From positions 74,661-138,660 of IMG/VR virus record IMGVR_UViG_3300047382_000480: a DNA stretch of 64,000 nucleotides, one strand, 5' to 3'. A program made the translations under genes and the position numbers. The notes beneath the pieces are model-generated. The model was given only the letters and a program-made list of their open reading frames with translations. It was not told the origin of the DNA and made no database searches. The number at the start of each line of letters is the position of its first letter. Position 1 is the stretch's first letter. Positions 19,705-29,965 of the stretch are shown here, piece after piece. The stretch comes from a virus.

Positions 19705-21309
19705 TTAAAAGTTAAATACCACTTTCAGCGTTTCTACCTGATTTTCATCGCGAGTGATAGGTCTACGATTGTCAATATAGAGAATCTCACCAGAATGATT
19801 ACTTATTTCTGGTGTTGTCAGGCTATTTATAGTTATTCCTGTATCGCCTGTAGTCACATTTGTGAATGATGACGATGATCCGATTCCAGGATATTTTTGT
19901 AATAGATAAACTGTATCTTTAGTTCCGTTACCTGTAGTATCTATTGACTGAATTACACTAAACTCACCGCCATCGTTAGTTTGCAGCACATCATCTAAAT
20001 TAAATTTTGTTATATTTGAAGAAGATACTGTTACAACGTGACATGGAGTTCCAACTGTTGATGTAAATGTTGCAGTCTCTGCAAAATTATGCATATTTTT
20101 GATAATACCAACTTGTCTAAACTCATTACCAATAATTATGTCATTTTCGTCGGAGGTGAAAGAAACAGTTACGCCAATATTTTTGGCGAAAAGTTCTCTA
20201 GGAGGATTACCTCCGTGACCAGAGTTTGGGGCTACAACTGGTCTTAATATTGCAGATGTACCAGCACCAATCGATTGCGTTATTTCAATGTCAATAAAAG
20301 TGTAATTGGATCCAGGATTAGTCACTATCACATCAGTAATAGTTCCAGCAGTATTAACGATAGCAGAAGCAGTTGCACCAGTCCCGTCACCCTTTACAAC
20401 TAGTGCTACATCTCCTTCAACGTAATCAACACCACCATTTGTGACAGAAACACGATCCAAAGTACCTTTCACTGCTGCAGCCTCGACCGAGGACTGAAGT
20501 GATGGTGTTTCTGAAGAACCGAGTGCAGCTGTAGCAGTAGCACCCGATCCACCGCCACCAGTAAGTTTGATGAACGCAAAGGAATAACCTCTGCCCTCGC
20601 TAGTGATGGTTATACCTGTCACCTGACCACCCGAAACAGTAGCAGTTGCAACTGCCCCTGTTCCATCGCCTTCTATGACAACAGTGGGCGCAGAACTATA
20701 CCCAGAGCCACCAGCAGTTACTGTTATTGAATCCAATTCACCATTTACATCAAATGCTGGATTACCTGCGCCTGAAACTTTGCGGACAGGAATAAAGTTA
20801 GTGTTCAAAAATTTAGTTCTGTCTGCAGAACCAATTTGGAACATAAACTTCCACATGTAACCATCATCCAAGGTGAACGTGTCTGTTGCAGTTGATGTTG
20901 GTTTAATCGTACTTTGAGCATTGTTGTTATTCTCAAGGCACTTATAAACATTGAATTCATCTGTGACTACATAGAACTTGGCGTCAGACAAATTAGTTGC
21001 ACCACTGTATGCTGGATGATTGTCTGCGTATTCGTCATCGTACTGGTCGTAAATTGTACCAGAAACCCAGTCATACCTTGGAGCAAGCAATACTGCATCA
21101 GATGCATTTATTCGTTTAACGAATAACATATCTTGGCGATATTGTGATTGGTAATACTGAGAGTCACGGGGATTCTCGGGAGTCGTATCGTCATCCCAAG
21201 GTCTCGCCCTCGAAGCAAACATATAGAAAAAGTCGTTTTCGTTAAATATATCTCTATAAAACGAACGAGCATTTTCTACCCTTGCAGCTGATCTTAGTAA
21301 TAATGCCAT
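19705..21309 (-). CDS. gp8: Baseplate wedge subunit gp8
   Basis: [61 protein letters not shown]. Confidence 0.9.
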   Translation of the reverse strand: MALLLRSAARVENARSFYRDIFNENDFFYMFASRARPWDDDTTPENPRDSQYYQSQYRQDMLFVKRINASDAVLLAPRYDWVSGTIYDQYDDEYADNHPAYSGATNLSDAKFYVVTDEFNVYKCLENNNNAQSTIKPTSTATDTFTLDDGYMWKFMFQIGSADRTKFLNTNFIPVRKVSGAGNPAFDVNGELDSITVTAGGSGYSSAPTVVIEGDGTGAVATATVSGGQVTGITITSEGRGYSFAFIKLTGGGGSGATATAALGSSETPSLQSSVEAAAVKGTLDRVSVTNGGVDYVEGDVALVVKGDGTGATASAIVNTAGTITDVIVTNPGSNYTFIDIEITQSIGAGTSAILRPVVAPNSGHGGNPPRELFAKNIGVTVSFTSDENDIIIGNEFRQVGIIKNMHNFAETATFTSTVGTPCHVVTVSSSNITKFNLDDVLQTNDGGEFSVIQSIDTTGNGTKDTVYLLQKYPGIGSSSSFTNVTTGDTGITINSLTTPEISNHSGEILYIDNRRPITRDENQVETLKVVFNF

Positions 21310-21331
21310 GTCTAACTCCTATACGTTAGGT

Positions 21332-21793
21332 TTAGGTGTCAGAAACAGTCAAAGTCCAAGTAATTTTCAGTGTATCTGCCGCACCTTTGTTTACAACCGA
21401 AAACGTAGTTCGGCAAAGCATAGTACCAGCAGAAGTAGCATTAAAGATACCAGCTTCTGTTACAGCACCAGTACCAGTATTAGCAGGGAAATCACCAACA
21501 TATTCAACAGTATTAGTTGATACAGTCTGTGATGTCAGAGTAACACGAGCAGAAGAAATTGGGCTAATCAATGTAGTTTGAGAAGCACTTGGTCCTGTAG
21601 TACCTGTTCCCACTTCCATATTAGACATACGAGTTGGTGGTGATGAGTTTCCGAGGCGGTCAGCAATGTGGTTTAGACCAGATGTAACTACCAAGTTGTT
21701 TACAGTTTGCTCTTCTTTTAGGTTGCCCTTTGCATCGAAAAGCTGAATTTGAACACGCCCCAACGCATTCATTTTATCTACATCAAGAATCAT
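21332..21793 (-). CDS. Virion structural protein between gp7 and gp8
   Basis: NLVVTSG...GTGTT...AVTEAGIFNA...MLCR.TFSVVNK; own late promoter and AGGAG SD. Confidence 0.7.
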   Translation of the reverse strand: MILDVDKMNALGRVQIQLFDAKGNLKEEQTVNNLVVTSGLNHIADRLGNSSPPTRMSNMEVGTGTTGPSASQTTLISPISSARVTLTSQTVSTNTVEYVGDFPANTGTGAVTEAGIFNATSAGTMLCRTTFSVVNKGAADTLKITWTLTVSDT

Positions 21794-21830
21794 TTTTTTC
21801 TCCTAGTTGATGTGTAGTATATTTGTTTTG

Positions 21831-21838
21831 TATTTATA
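21831..21838 (-). promoter_or_regulatory. T4-type late promoter TATAAATA
   Basis: Exact consensus, intergenic. Confidence 0.8.
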
Positions 21839-21854
21839 ACGATTGTTTCCCTTG

Positions 21855-24800
21855 TTAGGAAATATTTCTTACTTCCCCAACATAATCTTCTGCAAAATAA
21901 TCACCTGCGTAGTTTTGAGCAATTACCTTTCCAGATTCACCCCAAACTGCGCTTTCAGTTTTACTGGTGGCAAATAGTAAGACATTTGATTCGTCAACAA
22001 GTGGGTCTTCGGTGTAAGCATTTTCTGAAGCTCGAGTTACTGAGGTGTCATTTAACTCAACTGGGTCTGCTTTAACTAGACCTGGAGAAAGATTGGCTAC
22101 ATCATTCCAGTCAACAGATTCTTGTTTATTCAAACCGACGACTCTAGTTACAACCTCAGCCCAATCTACTGAATCAATTGGATCTCTGGCAATAAAGAAT
22201 AATATGTCAACTATTTCAGACCAATCTACAGAATCAGTTATATTTGGTCTGTGGAAATCTAACGCAGGTGCATCTTGTATCACAGGATCTTCAGTTTTCG
22301 CAAAAACTATATCAAACTTATTTATTGTGTCGTCAAAAGATGGAGTTTCAACTTTATTCAAGTTGGGAAGTAATAGTATGGTGTCATCAGAAGCACCAGT
22401 TCTCTTATCAGACCAATCTATAGAATCAGTGATATTTGGTCTGTGGAAGAATAATTGCGGTGCATCTTGAACAACTACATTTTCAATATCTGCGAATATG
22501 CGGAATACAATTATGTCTGGTAATGCATTAAACGAAGATCCCATATCAACCAATTGATTTATTTGGAGGTCAGTCCAAGCAATCATACCAGCAGGATGAG
22601 CAATCCGATCTAGAAGTTCTCCCCATTGTGTTTTTGGTCTAGAAGTTCTAACTTGATACGCGAAGTTTTGGTAAACAGAATTATCTTGTATTCTATTGGC
22701 ATCAGAAAGAAATCCCTGAGAGTTTTTAAAACTTCCAGGATATGTATGTGAGAAACCTGTATTGCAAGTAAGTGTTGTTGTCTCATTTGTTGCTGAACGG
22801 AGAATAAAATCAAATGACTCTCTCTGGAAACCTGTACCTGTAGAGATAACTTCTACGAATGCGGGATAATTGTTTGAATCTAATGTCTTAATCCTAACAA
22901 CAGCATTGTTATCAATACCAGTAATCGTGTAATCCTCACCGAAATAATCGATTGCATATACACCTAGAATATCCCCTGTCTCTGAAACTTTGAATGTTTC
23001 ACCGATAACAAAACCGCCATTTGATGTACCAGAGTTGGTTTTGAGAGAAACTTTATTTAAAACACGTGTCAAAAATGCTGTTTTATCAGTAATAGTGTCA
23101 AGACTTCCCTCAACACCAATCCAAGATCTAACTGCATCAGTATTGAGAACGATTGTAGGAACATTATTATAACCAACACCTGTTGTATTATTGACAAATA
23201 AAACATTGGATATAGAACCATTCGTCAATCTAGCTTCTACAACGGCAGTTGTTGTAATCGTGTCATCTGGGTGAGGTAAAACAATAACATCTGGATTAGC
23301 AGAATAACCAGCACCTGCATCAGCGATTGTTAACGAAGCAAGTTTACCCTCTGTTATTGTAGCAACATTACACGTGAGGTTTGCCCCACCACCAAAATAT
23401 GATGCAGGGAAAACTATCTGTTCACCCTTAACATAATTAGTTCCTGGATATCCACTAACCAAGCCAATTGTAGCTGCACCAGAAGAATCTATAGTTACAG
23501 TAAATCTTGCTCCAGAACCCGAAATATTTGGATTAGCAACAACCATCGGGGTAGTATTACTAGCAATAATTTGAGTGGAAGCTGTTCTCAATGCATCGGC
23601 TGCACTTATCGACCCAACACTAGCGATTTTACCCTTAACAGTTGCAGTAATTTCACCTTCAACGCCTTGCCCTGGAATAATGGTATCTCCAGGAAGATCC
23701 AGTGTTAATTCAAATGCTTCTGGTGCAGTGTATGCAATTTTTTTAACACGTGTGACTGAAGTGTTTATAATTTTTCTTTTTGTTATGGATGCTGTAGATT
23801 CATAATAATGAACAGAAGCACGCCTTCCCCTCAGATTTAATGGATTTGGAACTGGGGATATTTCTGTATTTGCATATGCTTTGACTGTTAATTCTTTTCT
23901 ATAAATTCCATCTGATGGTCTTAGTATGAATTCAGAAGGAAGAAATACCTCAACATCTTCATTGTACATAAGTTTAAAGAATTGTTGTATGCCTTGTCGA
24001 GAACCTTTTGATTCAAGAAAGGTTTTCATATGCTTTATTAGCATCCTTGAATCTACAGCAGCAGTAGTCGGGAAGTCTAATGCATACTGTTCTAACATAG
24101 GCTGCAAGAAATCTGGGTCATTATGATCAATGTTTATTTTATCGATCATCTCCTGGAGAAGGTGAGTCGGGCTGTATTGACTTTCGGATGATCCATTTGA
24201 TATGTTAAGAGAGGTATATTCCTCTTGCCCAAGATCTTCAAATCTATAATAGTCTTTTATGAATCTAGCAAAGTTTGGATAGTCAGTTTTTATGAATTCT
24301 GGAATCTGAGAATCAGATATGTAACTCATATTATCGTGATAATAACCCTGACCCTTTGCAATCTTTTGCAGTACTATGTCAAAGGTTGCGCCCTTACCAC
24401 CACCCTTCAAACTATCTACAGTGAATGTGATGTCTGGTGCATTGTTTACACCACCAATGTCAATATCTAAAACTGTTACAGTTTCGCCTTCTCTATAAAG
24501 AGACCCATCATCAATAATAGAATATGAAAGAATTGAACCGCTGTTATCGATAATGAGACTGATCCTAGCACCTGTCCCTGTTTTTGATGATACTAAAGGA
24601 ACATTGGTATAGAGACCTGCTGATCTTCTAGAGTCTGCGGAAGTCGTGTTTATAAGACCAGCACCACCGCTTTTCAGGGGAGAAAGTATGGCAATCTCGG
24701 GTGCATCCCGATACCCATCACCCTCTGATGTAATTTGAATCGAAGTAACCTGACCATTATTGATTTCAACTTCAGCAGTTGCTTGTATTTGCTCAGACTC

Positions 24801-24926
24801 AGCTGCACCAGTTGGAGGGCTAATGAGAACAGAAACATCTCCTAATTGAGAAGAATAGTTAGAACCCGCAGATGTTATCGTTATGGATTCAATGTATTCC
24901 TTGAAATTTGGTGCTGATCTCGCCAT
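21855..24926 (-). CDS. gp7: Baseplate wedge initiator gp7-like protein
   Basis: QIPEFIKTDYPNF..FIKDYY, SKGS...FFKLMYNE, IQDNSVYQNFAY, HPAG; lies between gp6 and gp8. Confidence 0.8.
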   Translation of the reverse strand: MARSAPNFKEYIESITITSAGSNYSSQLGDVSVLISPPTGAAESEQIQATAEVEINNGQVTSIQITSEGDGYRDAPEIAILSPLKSGGAGLINTTSADSRRSAGLYTNVPLVSSKTGTGARISLIIDNSGSILSYSIIDDGSLYREGETVTVLDIDIGGVNNAPDITFTVDSLKGGGKGATFDIVLQKIAKGQGYYHDNMSYISDSQIPEFIKTDYPNFARFIKDYYRFEDLGQEEYTSLNISNGSSESQYSPTHLLQEMIDKINIDHNDPDFLQPMLEQYALDFPTTAAVDSRMLIKHMKTFLESKGSRQGIQQFFKLMYNEDVEVFLPSEFILRPSDGIYRKELTVKAYANTEISPVPNPLNLRGRRASVHYYESTASITKRKIINTSVTRVKKIAYTAPEAFELTLDLPGDTIIPGQGVEGEITATVKGKIASVGSISAADALRTASTQIIASNTTPMVVANPNISGSGARFTVTIDSSGAATIGLVSGYPGTNYVKGEQIVFPASYFGGGANLTCNVATITEGKLASLTIADAGAGYSANPDVIVLPHPDDTITTTAVVEARLTNGSISNVLFVNNTTGVGYNNVPTIVLNTDAVRSWIGVEGSLDTITDKTAFLTRVLNKVSLKTNSGTSNGGFVIGETFKVSETGDILGVYAIDYFGEDYTITGIDNNAVVRIKTLDSNNYPAFVEVISTGTGFQRESFDFILRSATNETTTLTCNTGFSHTYPGSFKNSQGFLSDANRIQDNSVYQNFAYQVRTSRPKTQWGELLDRIAHPAGMIAWTDLQINQLVDMGSSFNALPDIIVFRIFADIENVVVQDAPQLFFHRPNITDSIDWSDKRTGASDDTILLLPNLNKVETPSFDDTINKFDIVFAKTEDPVIQDAPALDFHRPNITDSVDWSEIVDILFFIARDPIDSVDWAEVVTRVVGLNKQESVDWNDVANLSPGLVKADPVELNDTSVTRASENAYTEDPLVDESNVLLFATSKTESAVWGESGKVIAQNYAGDYFAEDYVGEVRNIS

Positions 24927-24928
24927 TT

Positions 24929-26851
24929 TTAGCTATCCGATATTCTAGCAGTCATTGTTATTGTAGTTCCTTGTCTGATATTGTTAGGGATATCAGCTAC
25001 GCTATTATCTTGCGCTAAAATATAGTTTTTAGATGGTTTAGGGAAAACTGGAGAACCATCTTCATTTAGCTGTGTGGTCGAAGATAAAATATCGGTTTTA
25101 ATATCCTTAGAACTCTCGTGTGGTTGACAAACTACATTTAGCGTTGTATTAGAACCCTTTATTTCAGTAATATTCAAAGAGTTTAATTCTATTTTACCTG
25201 TATCATAATTAATAGTCCCTGCGTTTGAATCGATGACAATATTATTATCTGCAGATTTAAGGATAATAGTTCCACTACCATTATATGCTGGGGCAATAAC
25301 GTCGGGGTCTGGAATATCTGTTATGTAAACAGTATAAATTGCTTGATCTATCTTAGCATCAAAGAATCCACTAGAAATAGAATATGGTTGGAGCTTATTG
25401 TTGAACCTCATCTCATACTTAACATTTGTATTTAATGCTGGAACAACACGTTTCTGTAGTCTTAATTCTAAGTTAACAGCAACAAAGGATTTGGATAATT
25501 GCACCAATCTTGAAGAAAGAACTGAATAGTAAAAATTCTTGTTTAATGAATTTAGTTGATTGTCAAAAAAATCTTGCAATTCAGTTTGGATAAGGTTTTG
25601 CAATGCACCCTGCGATTCGGAAGTTTTCTTGGAGTCGTAAATGACGCCAATGTTTAGACCAATATATGTGTATTCTGGGTCTACGAACTCTGATGTGATT
25701 GCAACTGGTTGTCTTGGACTAATGACTTCCCGTATAAGATTATCCTTATCGTCTTGAGTGATAACCAATCCAGGTTGAGGTTGAAGAGAAACAAAGACCT
25801 TACCATAAATTGGTGGATCATTATCTTCTCCACCCCAAACAGCAACTGATTTTACATTAGGATTAGAAGATAATATAAGAGACTTATAATCATTGGTGGT
25901 TACTGCTCTATTTTTCGTAGCATTAAACCTTGGAGCATTATAACGAATACTATCAACGCTTTCTTGGGATGCACCGCCTGAAGATTGCGAAACTGTAGTG
26001 ATTGACACAGTTTCTCCCGATCCTACTAGGACACTTGGAGGAGTAAATGATTTGATGCCATTTGCAGATGGTCCAGAAGAAGCAATATAATTTAATCTAA
26101 CAATATTTCCAGTCTTTAATTTCTTACCGATCACCCCATCACCAAATCTAACTTCGTAATATCCATTCAATGACTCTTCAATATAGTAAATGTTTGAAGT
26201 AGACTTTACTTCAAGGATATTATCAGAAAATTCAAATGTGTTAGTTGTGGTGTCAGAAACACTTTCCTGCACTGTCACAGTAAGCGTGGTTGTGTCAACA
26301 TCTGGGTTTGCCATTAAGACTGGACCAGATAAGTTTTCTGCGCCTATAATTTCAGAGTTGTCAACACGAACACCTTCTACTAGTCTAATATCTTTGAAGT
26401 GAAAACCACTTGAACCACCGCTAGTGGTTGTCTTGTTTACTGTATAATCTTTATCTGGGAAAAATTTAAACGTAGACCCATTAGAGGAAGTGATAAATGC
26501 CTTGTCTCTAGAAAGTGTAAATGAACCACTTGTATACGAAGAAGGGATGTTAGTTATATCTAAATCCACAACCGCAGCAGAAGACCTTGCAGATCTTGCA
26601 GTGTATCCCATCGTCTTTGCAATAGAGGCGACTGAGTTTCTTTTTACGGCTGAATCAATAAATGCTTCGTTAGCAACCATATGTGCCAAAAATGCGTTGT
26701 ATTGAGTGTTATATGCCAAAAGATCTATTAAGACAGAAAGACCCGATGCTTCAAAATCATAATCAGAATATTGATCCTGATCAGAAAGAAATGTCTTTAA
26801 GTTTGACTTAATAGATTCAAATTCAAGTTCTGTTAATTTTCTTACTGCCAT
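24929..26851 (-). CDS. gp6: Baseplate wedge subunit gp6
   Basis: DYDFEASGLSVLIDLLAYNT, ANEAFIDSA, FGDGVIG, RAVTTNDY, WGGEDNDPPIYGKV. Confidence 0.95.
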   Translation of the reverse strand: MAVRKLTELEFESIKSNLKTFLSDQDQYSDYDFEASGLSVLIDLLAYNTQYNAFLAHMVANEAFIDSAVKRNSVASIAKTMGYTARSARSSAAVVDLDITNIPSSYTSGSFTLSRDKAFITSSNGSTFKFFPDKDYTVNKTTTSGGSSGFHFKDIRLVEGVRVDNSEIIGAENLSGPVLMANPDVDTTTLTVTVQESVSDTTTNTFEFSDNILEVKSTSNIYYIEESLNGYYEVRFGDGVIGKKLKTGNIVRLNYIASSGPSANGIKSFTPPSVLVGSGETVSITTVSQSSGGASQESVDSIRYNAPRFNATKNRAVTTNDYKSLILSSNPNVKSVAVWGGEDNDPPIYGKVFVSLQPQPGLVITQDDKDNLIREVISPRQPVAITSEFVDPEYTYIGLNIGVIYDSKKTSESQGALQNLIQTELQDFFDNQLNSLNKNFYYSVLSSRLVQLSKSFVAVNLELRLQKRVVPALNTNVKYEMRFNNKLQPYSISSGFFDAKIDQAIYTVYITDIPDPDVIAPAYNGSGTIILKSADNNIVIDSNAGTINYDTGKIELNSLNITEIKGSNTTLNVVCQPHESSKDIKTDILSSTTQLNEDGSPVFPKPSKNYILAQDNSVADIPNNIRQGTTITMTARISDS

Positions 26852-26878
26852 CGTAGACTCTTTGTTTTTATTTTTATG

Positions 26879-26886
26879 TATTTATA
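26879..26886 (-). promoter_or_regulatory. T4-type late promoter TATAAATA
   Basis: Exact consensus upstream of gp6. Confidence 0.8.
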
Positions 26887-26896
26887 AACAGTTTTA

Positions 26897-27931
26897 TTAG
26901 TTTTCTAACTGGGTTATTCGTGCCGATAATGCTTCTATCTGCGCTTGTTGCTCTTGTATCGCTTTAGTCAATACAGGTATTAAATCAGCAGCAATTGTCT
27001 TGTACGGATCTTCTCCTTCAGGTGATTCGTCTAACCATTCACCAATCATATCTGGAAAAACTTGTTCGAACTCCTGAGCAACGAACCCACGATCATCCGA
27101 AATACCACTTCCCTTACCTTCCTTCCAATCAAACTTTCTGGGTTGTAGCTGCATTATCTTAGATAGTCCGTCATCCAGATCTCTAATATTTTCCTTGAAT
27201 CTTTCGTCTGAAATACTTGCAATGGTAGTAGAAGTAGAGTTTATCTGGCCAGTTTTGTTTACATAAAATCTCCACGCACCAGTCCATCTCACATGATAGG
27301 TGTTTAAATCGGCAGTTCCGAGAGAAGCGACCATTGACCCATTTTTTGACAATTGCATACCTTGCACATCACTGGAATCATTTGCTTTGCCTATCAGTAC
27401 ATCACCATCTTGTCTAATCGTCATTGCTCTAAAGTCGGTGACACCCCCTTCAGCTACAGCATCTTCTATAGAATTAGCAGCAGCAGATTGTGGAGCATTT
27501 GTGGTAGTGCTAATATCAAAACAATGATTAGATGCATAATGCCTGATTCTATCTGAACCGCCACCCGCAGTTTCAGTATCATTCAATTTCATCAATAACA
27601 ATTCTGAAGTTTCGCCCCTTGAATCACTCGAGGATCTAGGTTCGGCACCATAAATTCTTTCGCCGATATATGTGTAGGAAAAATCTCCGATTTGATTATC
27701 CCCACTAGTACCTTTAAATGCAATGTAATTCGCATATATTGGATATGTTGTATGACTATCGGATAGAGTGCTAGCAATTTTTAATCCACCGATTTTTGCT
27801 TCACGGGTGCTTGTGTCTCCATTACTCAACACTCGGTCAAGAGTAGTGTCCTCGAACAGATCTCGGATATTCTCATCCAATTCCGCATAAGTAAGCGCAC
27901 TACCTTTTGTTGACCTTTTTGTTATTGTCAT
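26897..27931 (-). CDS. Tail fibre/spike with C-terminal intramolecular chaperone (peptidase S74)
   Basis: SDERFKENI...LQPRKFDWK...GFVAQE...LTKAIQEQQ; N-terminal KRSTKGSALT motif. Confidence 0.88.
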   Translation of the reverse strand: MTITKRSTKGSALTYAELDENIRDLFEDTTLDRVLSNGDTSTREAKIGGLKIASTLSDSHTTYPIYANYIAFKGTSGDNQIGDFSYTYIGERIYGAEPRSSSDSRGETSELLLMKLNDTETAGGGSDRIRHYASNHCFDISTTTNAPQSAAANSIEDAVAEGGVTDFRAMTIRQDGDVLIGKANDSSDVQGMQLSKNGSMVASLGTADLNTYHVRWTGAWRFYVNKTGQINSTSTTIASISDERFKENIRDLDDGLSKIMQLQPRKFDWKEGKGSGISDDRGFVAQEFEQVFPDMIGEWLDESPEGEDPYKTIAADLIPVLTKAIQEQQAQIEALSARITQLEN

Positions 27932-28602
27932 TGTATTATCCCGTCGATATTGTAATACACCCCAACATATGATGTTGGGTCAGGTGATTCTATTCTAACT
28001 GTATATGTTTGAGTTCGATTGTTAGCAGATTCATTCGACAAACCAGTAAAATAATCCAACCCAGTTGAGTTTGCCTCGTCAAAATCTACATAATGAAGCT
28101 GATTCCGTCCAATCTGATAAAAACCAGTAATGGTTCCAACTAATTTACTACTCCCCGAACTAAACGTGATTTTCGCACCAGCAACTGCATTAGTAGTGCC
28201 TTCTGTAGACGAAGCAGTGTCTGACCACAACCACCAACTTCCCGATCTATTACCAACCACGCTGTGGGTTTGCGGTACATAATTGGGTTCAATATTACTA
28301 TTATTAGCAGTAGCACCCACAAAAGACGCAAACGGAGTCAACTCGGGTTTATAAGATTCTAATATACCAAATACCCCGATAGCAGCAACTTCCTTCTCAA
28401 AAGGGGTTGTCATCTGTTTCGCAACTGGAATTCCAGGATTACCATCTATATACCCAAATTCCACATATTCAAATAATTCTTGTTCGTCTTCAGTTAATGG
28501 TTCTACAAACTGATAACACTGATCTATCAAATTTTGTTTTGTCGTGGGGTCTGTTTCTGCAGCAATTTGAGCCAATAAAGATGCGTAATTCGGATTGGGC
28601 AC
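27928..28602 (-). CDS. Hypothetical virion-associated protein
   Basis: 224 aa, GTG start, coupled between the PAAR and fibre genes. Confidence 0.65.
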   Translation of the reverse strand: MPNPNYASLLAQIAAETDPTTKQNLIDQCYQFVEPLTEDEQELFEYVEFGYIDGNPGIPVAKQMTTPFEKEVAAIGVFGILESYKPELTPFASFVGATANNSNIEPNYVPQTHSVVGNRSGSWWLWSDTASSTEGTTNAVAGAKITFSSGSSKLVGTITGFYQIGRNQLHYVDFDEANSTGLDYFTGLSNESANNRTQTYTVRIESPDPTSYVGVYYNIDGIIQ

Positions 28603-28604
28603 AC

Positions 28605-28895
28605 TTATCCCCCAGCAGTAACATTAGGCGATCCCGTAGATGCAGCATTTGGAACCCAACTACCATGTCCGCTTGTTGAATCTCCTGTCCTATGAACACC
28701 TTTATTGTTTACTTTTACAGTTGCACTCCCCCCGACTGCTGTATCACCGCACCCTGTAGAGTCTCCAATAGTTACAATTGGAGAACCATTTGCATATACA
28801 TTAGCACTAGATTTGTAAGGAGTCTTATGGAAACCATTTGGTGTTGGGCTTGCATGCCCTATATGAGTGTCCCCTGCTCTAATAACTGCTGGCAT
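28605..28895 (-). CDS. gp5.4: PAAR spike-tip protein (T4 gp5.4-like)
   Basis: MPAVIRAGDTHIGH, NVYANG, GDSTGCG, GSPNV. Confidence 0.9.
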   Translation of the reverse strand: MPAVIRAGDTHIGHASPTPNGFHKTPYKSSANVYANGSPIVTIGDSTGCGDTAVGGSATVKVNNKGVHRTGDSTSGHGSWVPNAASTGSPNVTAGG

Positions 28896-29296
28896 TATCT
28901 TAATCTCTCAAGTGCTGTTGTGTATACTTGTGGTTCTCTGACACCAACCACATAAAATTCTATTCGTATTTCATAAGTATCTAAATCAAAATTTGGAGTA
29001 CATTCAACATCAATCAATTCAACTCTTGATTCGTAGTTTTCAATTGAAGTCTCAATCTCTTTTTGCATAACACTACTCACAAGATAATCCATTGGCTCAA
29101 ACAATAGATCATAAACACCAGATCCATAGTCTGGGTTAAATGGCTTCTCACCTTTTTGAGTCAGTAGCAAATTTTTCAAAGACTGCTTGACTGCATTGAC
29201 ATCAAATTTCTTGTAGATGTCCTTTGTTAAATCGTTTAAATTAAACGACATATCAATATCTTTGTATATTCTTTTTGGTTTGTTTGTAATAGCCAT
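28895..29296 (-). CDS. gp25: Baseplate wedge subunit gp25
   Basis: NAVKQSLKNLLLT..GEKPF.P.YGS...LLFE, NYESRV. Confidence 0.93.
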   Translation of the reverse strand: MAITNKPKRIYKDIDMSFNLNDLTKDIYKKFDVNAVKQSLKNLLLTQKGEKPFNPDYGSGVYDLLFEPMDYLVSSVMQKEIETSIENYESRVELIDVECTPNFDLDTYEIRIEFYVVGVREPQVYTTALERLR

Positions 29297-29300
29297 GTGT

Positions 29301-29308
29301 TATTTATA
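29301..29308 (-). promoter_or_regulatory. T4-type late promoter TATAAATA
   Basis: Exact consensus 4 nt upstream of the gp25 ATG, implying a nearly leaderless mRNA. Confidence 0.7.
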
Positions 29309-29311
29309 ACC

Positions 29312-29956
29312 TCAACTCTCGTTTCCTAATAAAAAACTACTTGTTGCGTCATAATGAATATCATCCCATGTTTCTGGTTTGTCTTCTTCTGCGGGTGTGT
29401 CAAATCCATCTGAAAATTCTTCAAAAACTTCATCAAACCTTTTAATGAATGGGGAAGCTACTTGTTTAACAGGGTTAGTGGGTCGCTCAACAGTTCCTGA
29501 CAAAGGTTTTCCTAATTCTACCAACTCACCATATCTAGACTGTATATTGGGAACTATTTCGCAGAGTCTGTCAATATCGTCGCCAAGACCATTCAACAAC
29601 TCTAAAATTTCTTCTGGGTCTCCGAGATCAACGTCAGAATATTTCTCGCCTATGTTAGCTACAAGTTCTGCCTTTTCTAATGTTTCACCGACAAGGTCGT
29701 TACCTGCAGCAATAAAGTCTTGAAACTCTTGCGGAAGAGAGGGGACTGCAGCCTCTACTAATGCAACAGGATCATCAAGTAAGTCTTTCATCATTTTCAG
29801 GTCTTGGGCGACCTGAGCAGCCATTGTTATTTCTGTATATCCAGGAATACTAGCAATACGTTTCGGGAGAGCTGAAATGCCAGACTCAACAGTGTCAATT
29901 ACACCATTGATACCATCTACAAGGTCAGTAAGTTGTTTTGGTGCACCACAGCTCAT
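29312..29956 (-). CDS. Hypothetical protein between gp5 and gp25
   Basis: 214-aa acidic helical ORF, AGGAG SD. Confidence 0.7.
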   Translation of the reverse strand: MSCGAPKQLTDLVDGINGVIDTVESGISALPKRIASIPGYTEITMAAQVAQDLKMMKDLLDDPVALVEAAVPSLPQEFQDFIAAGNDLVGETLEKAELVANIGEKYSDVDLGDPEEILELLNGLGDDIDRLCEIVPNIQSRYGELVELGKPLSGTVERPTNPVKQVASPFIKRFDEVFEEFSDGFDTPAEEDKPETWDDIHYDATSSFLLGNES

Positions 29957-29965
29957 TTATCTCTC

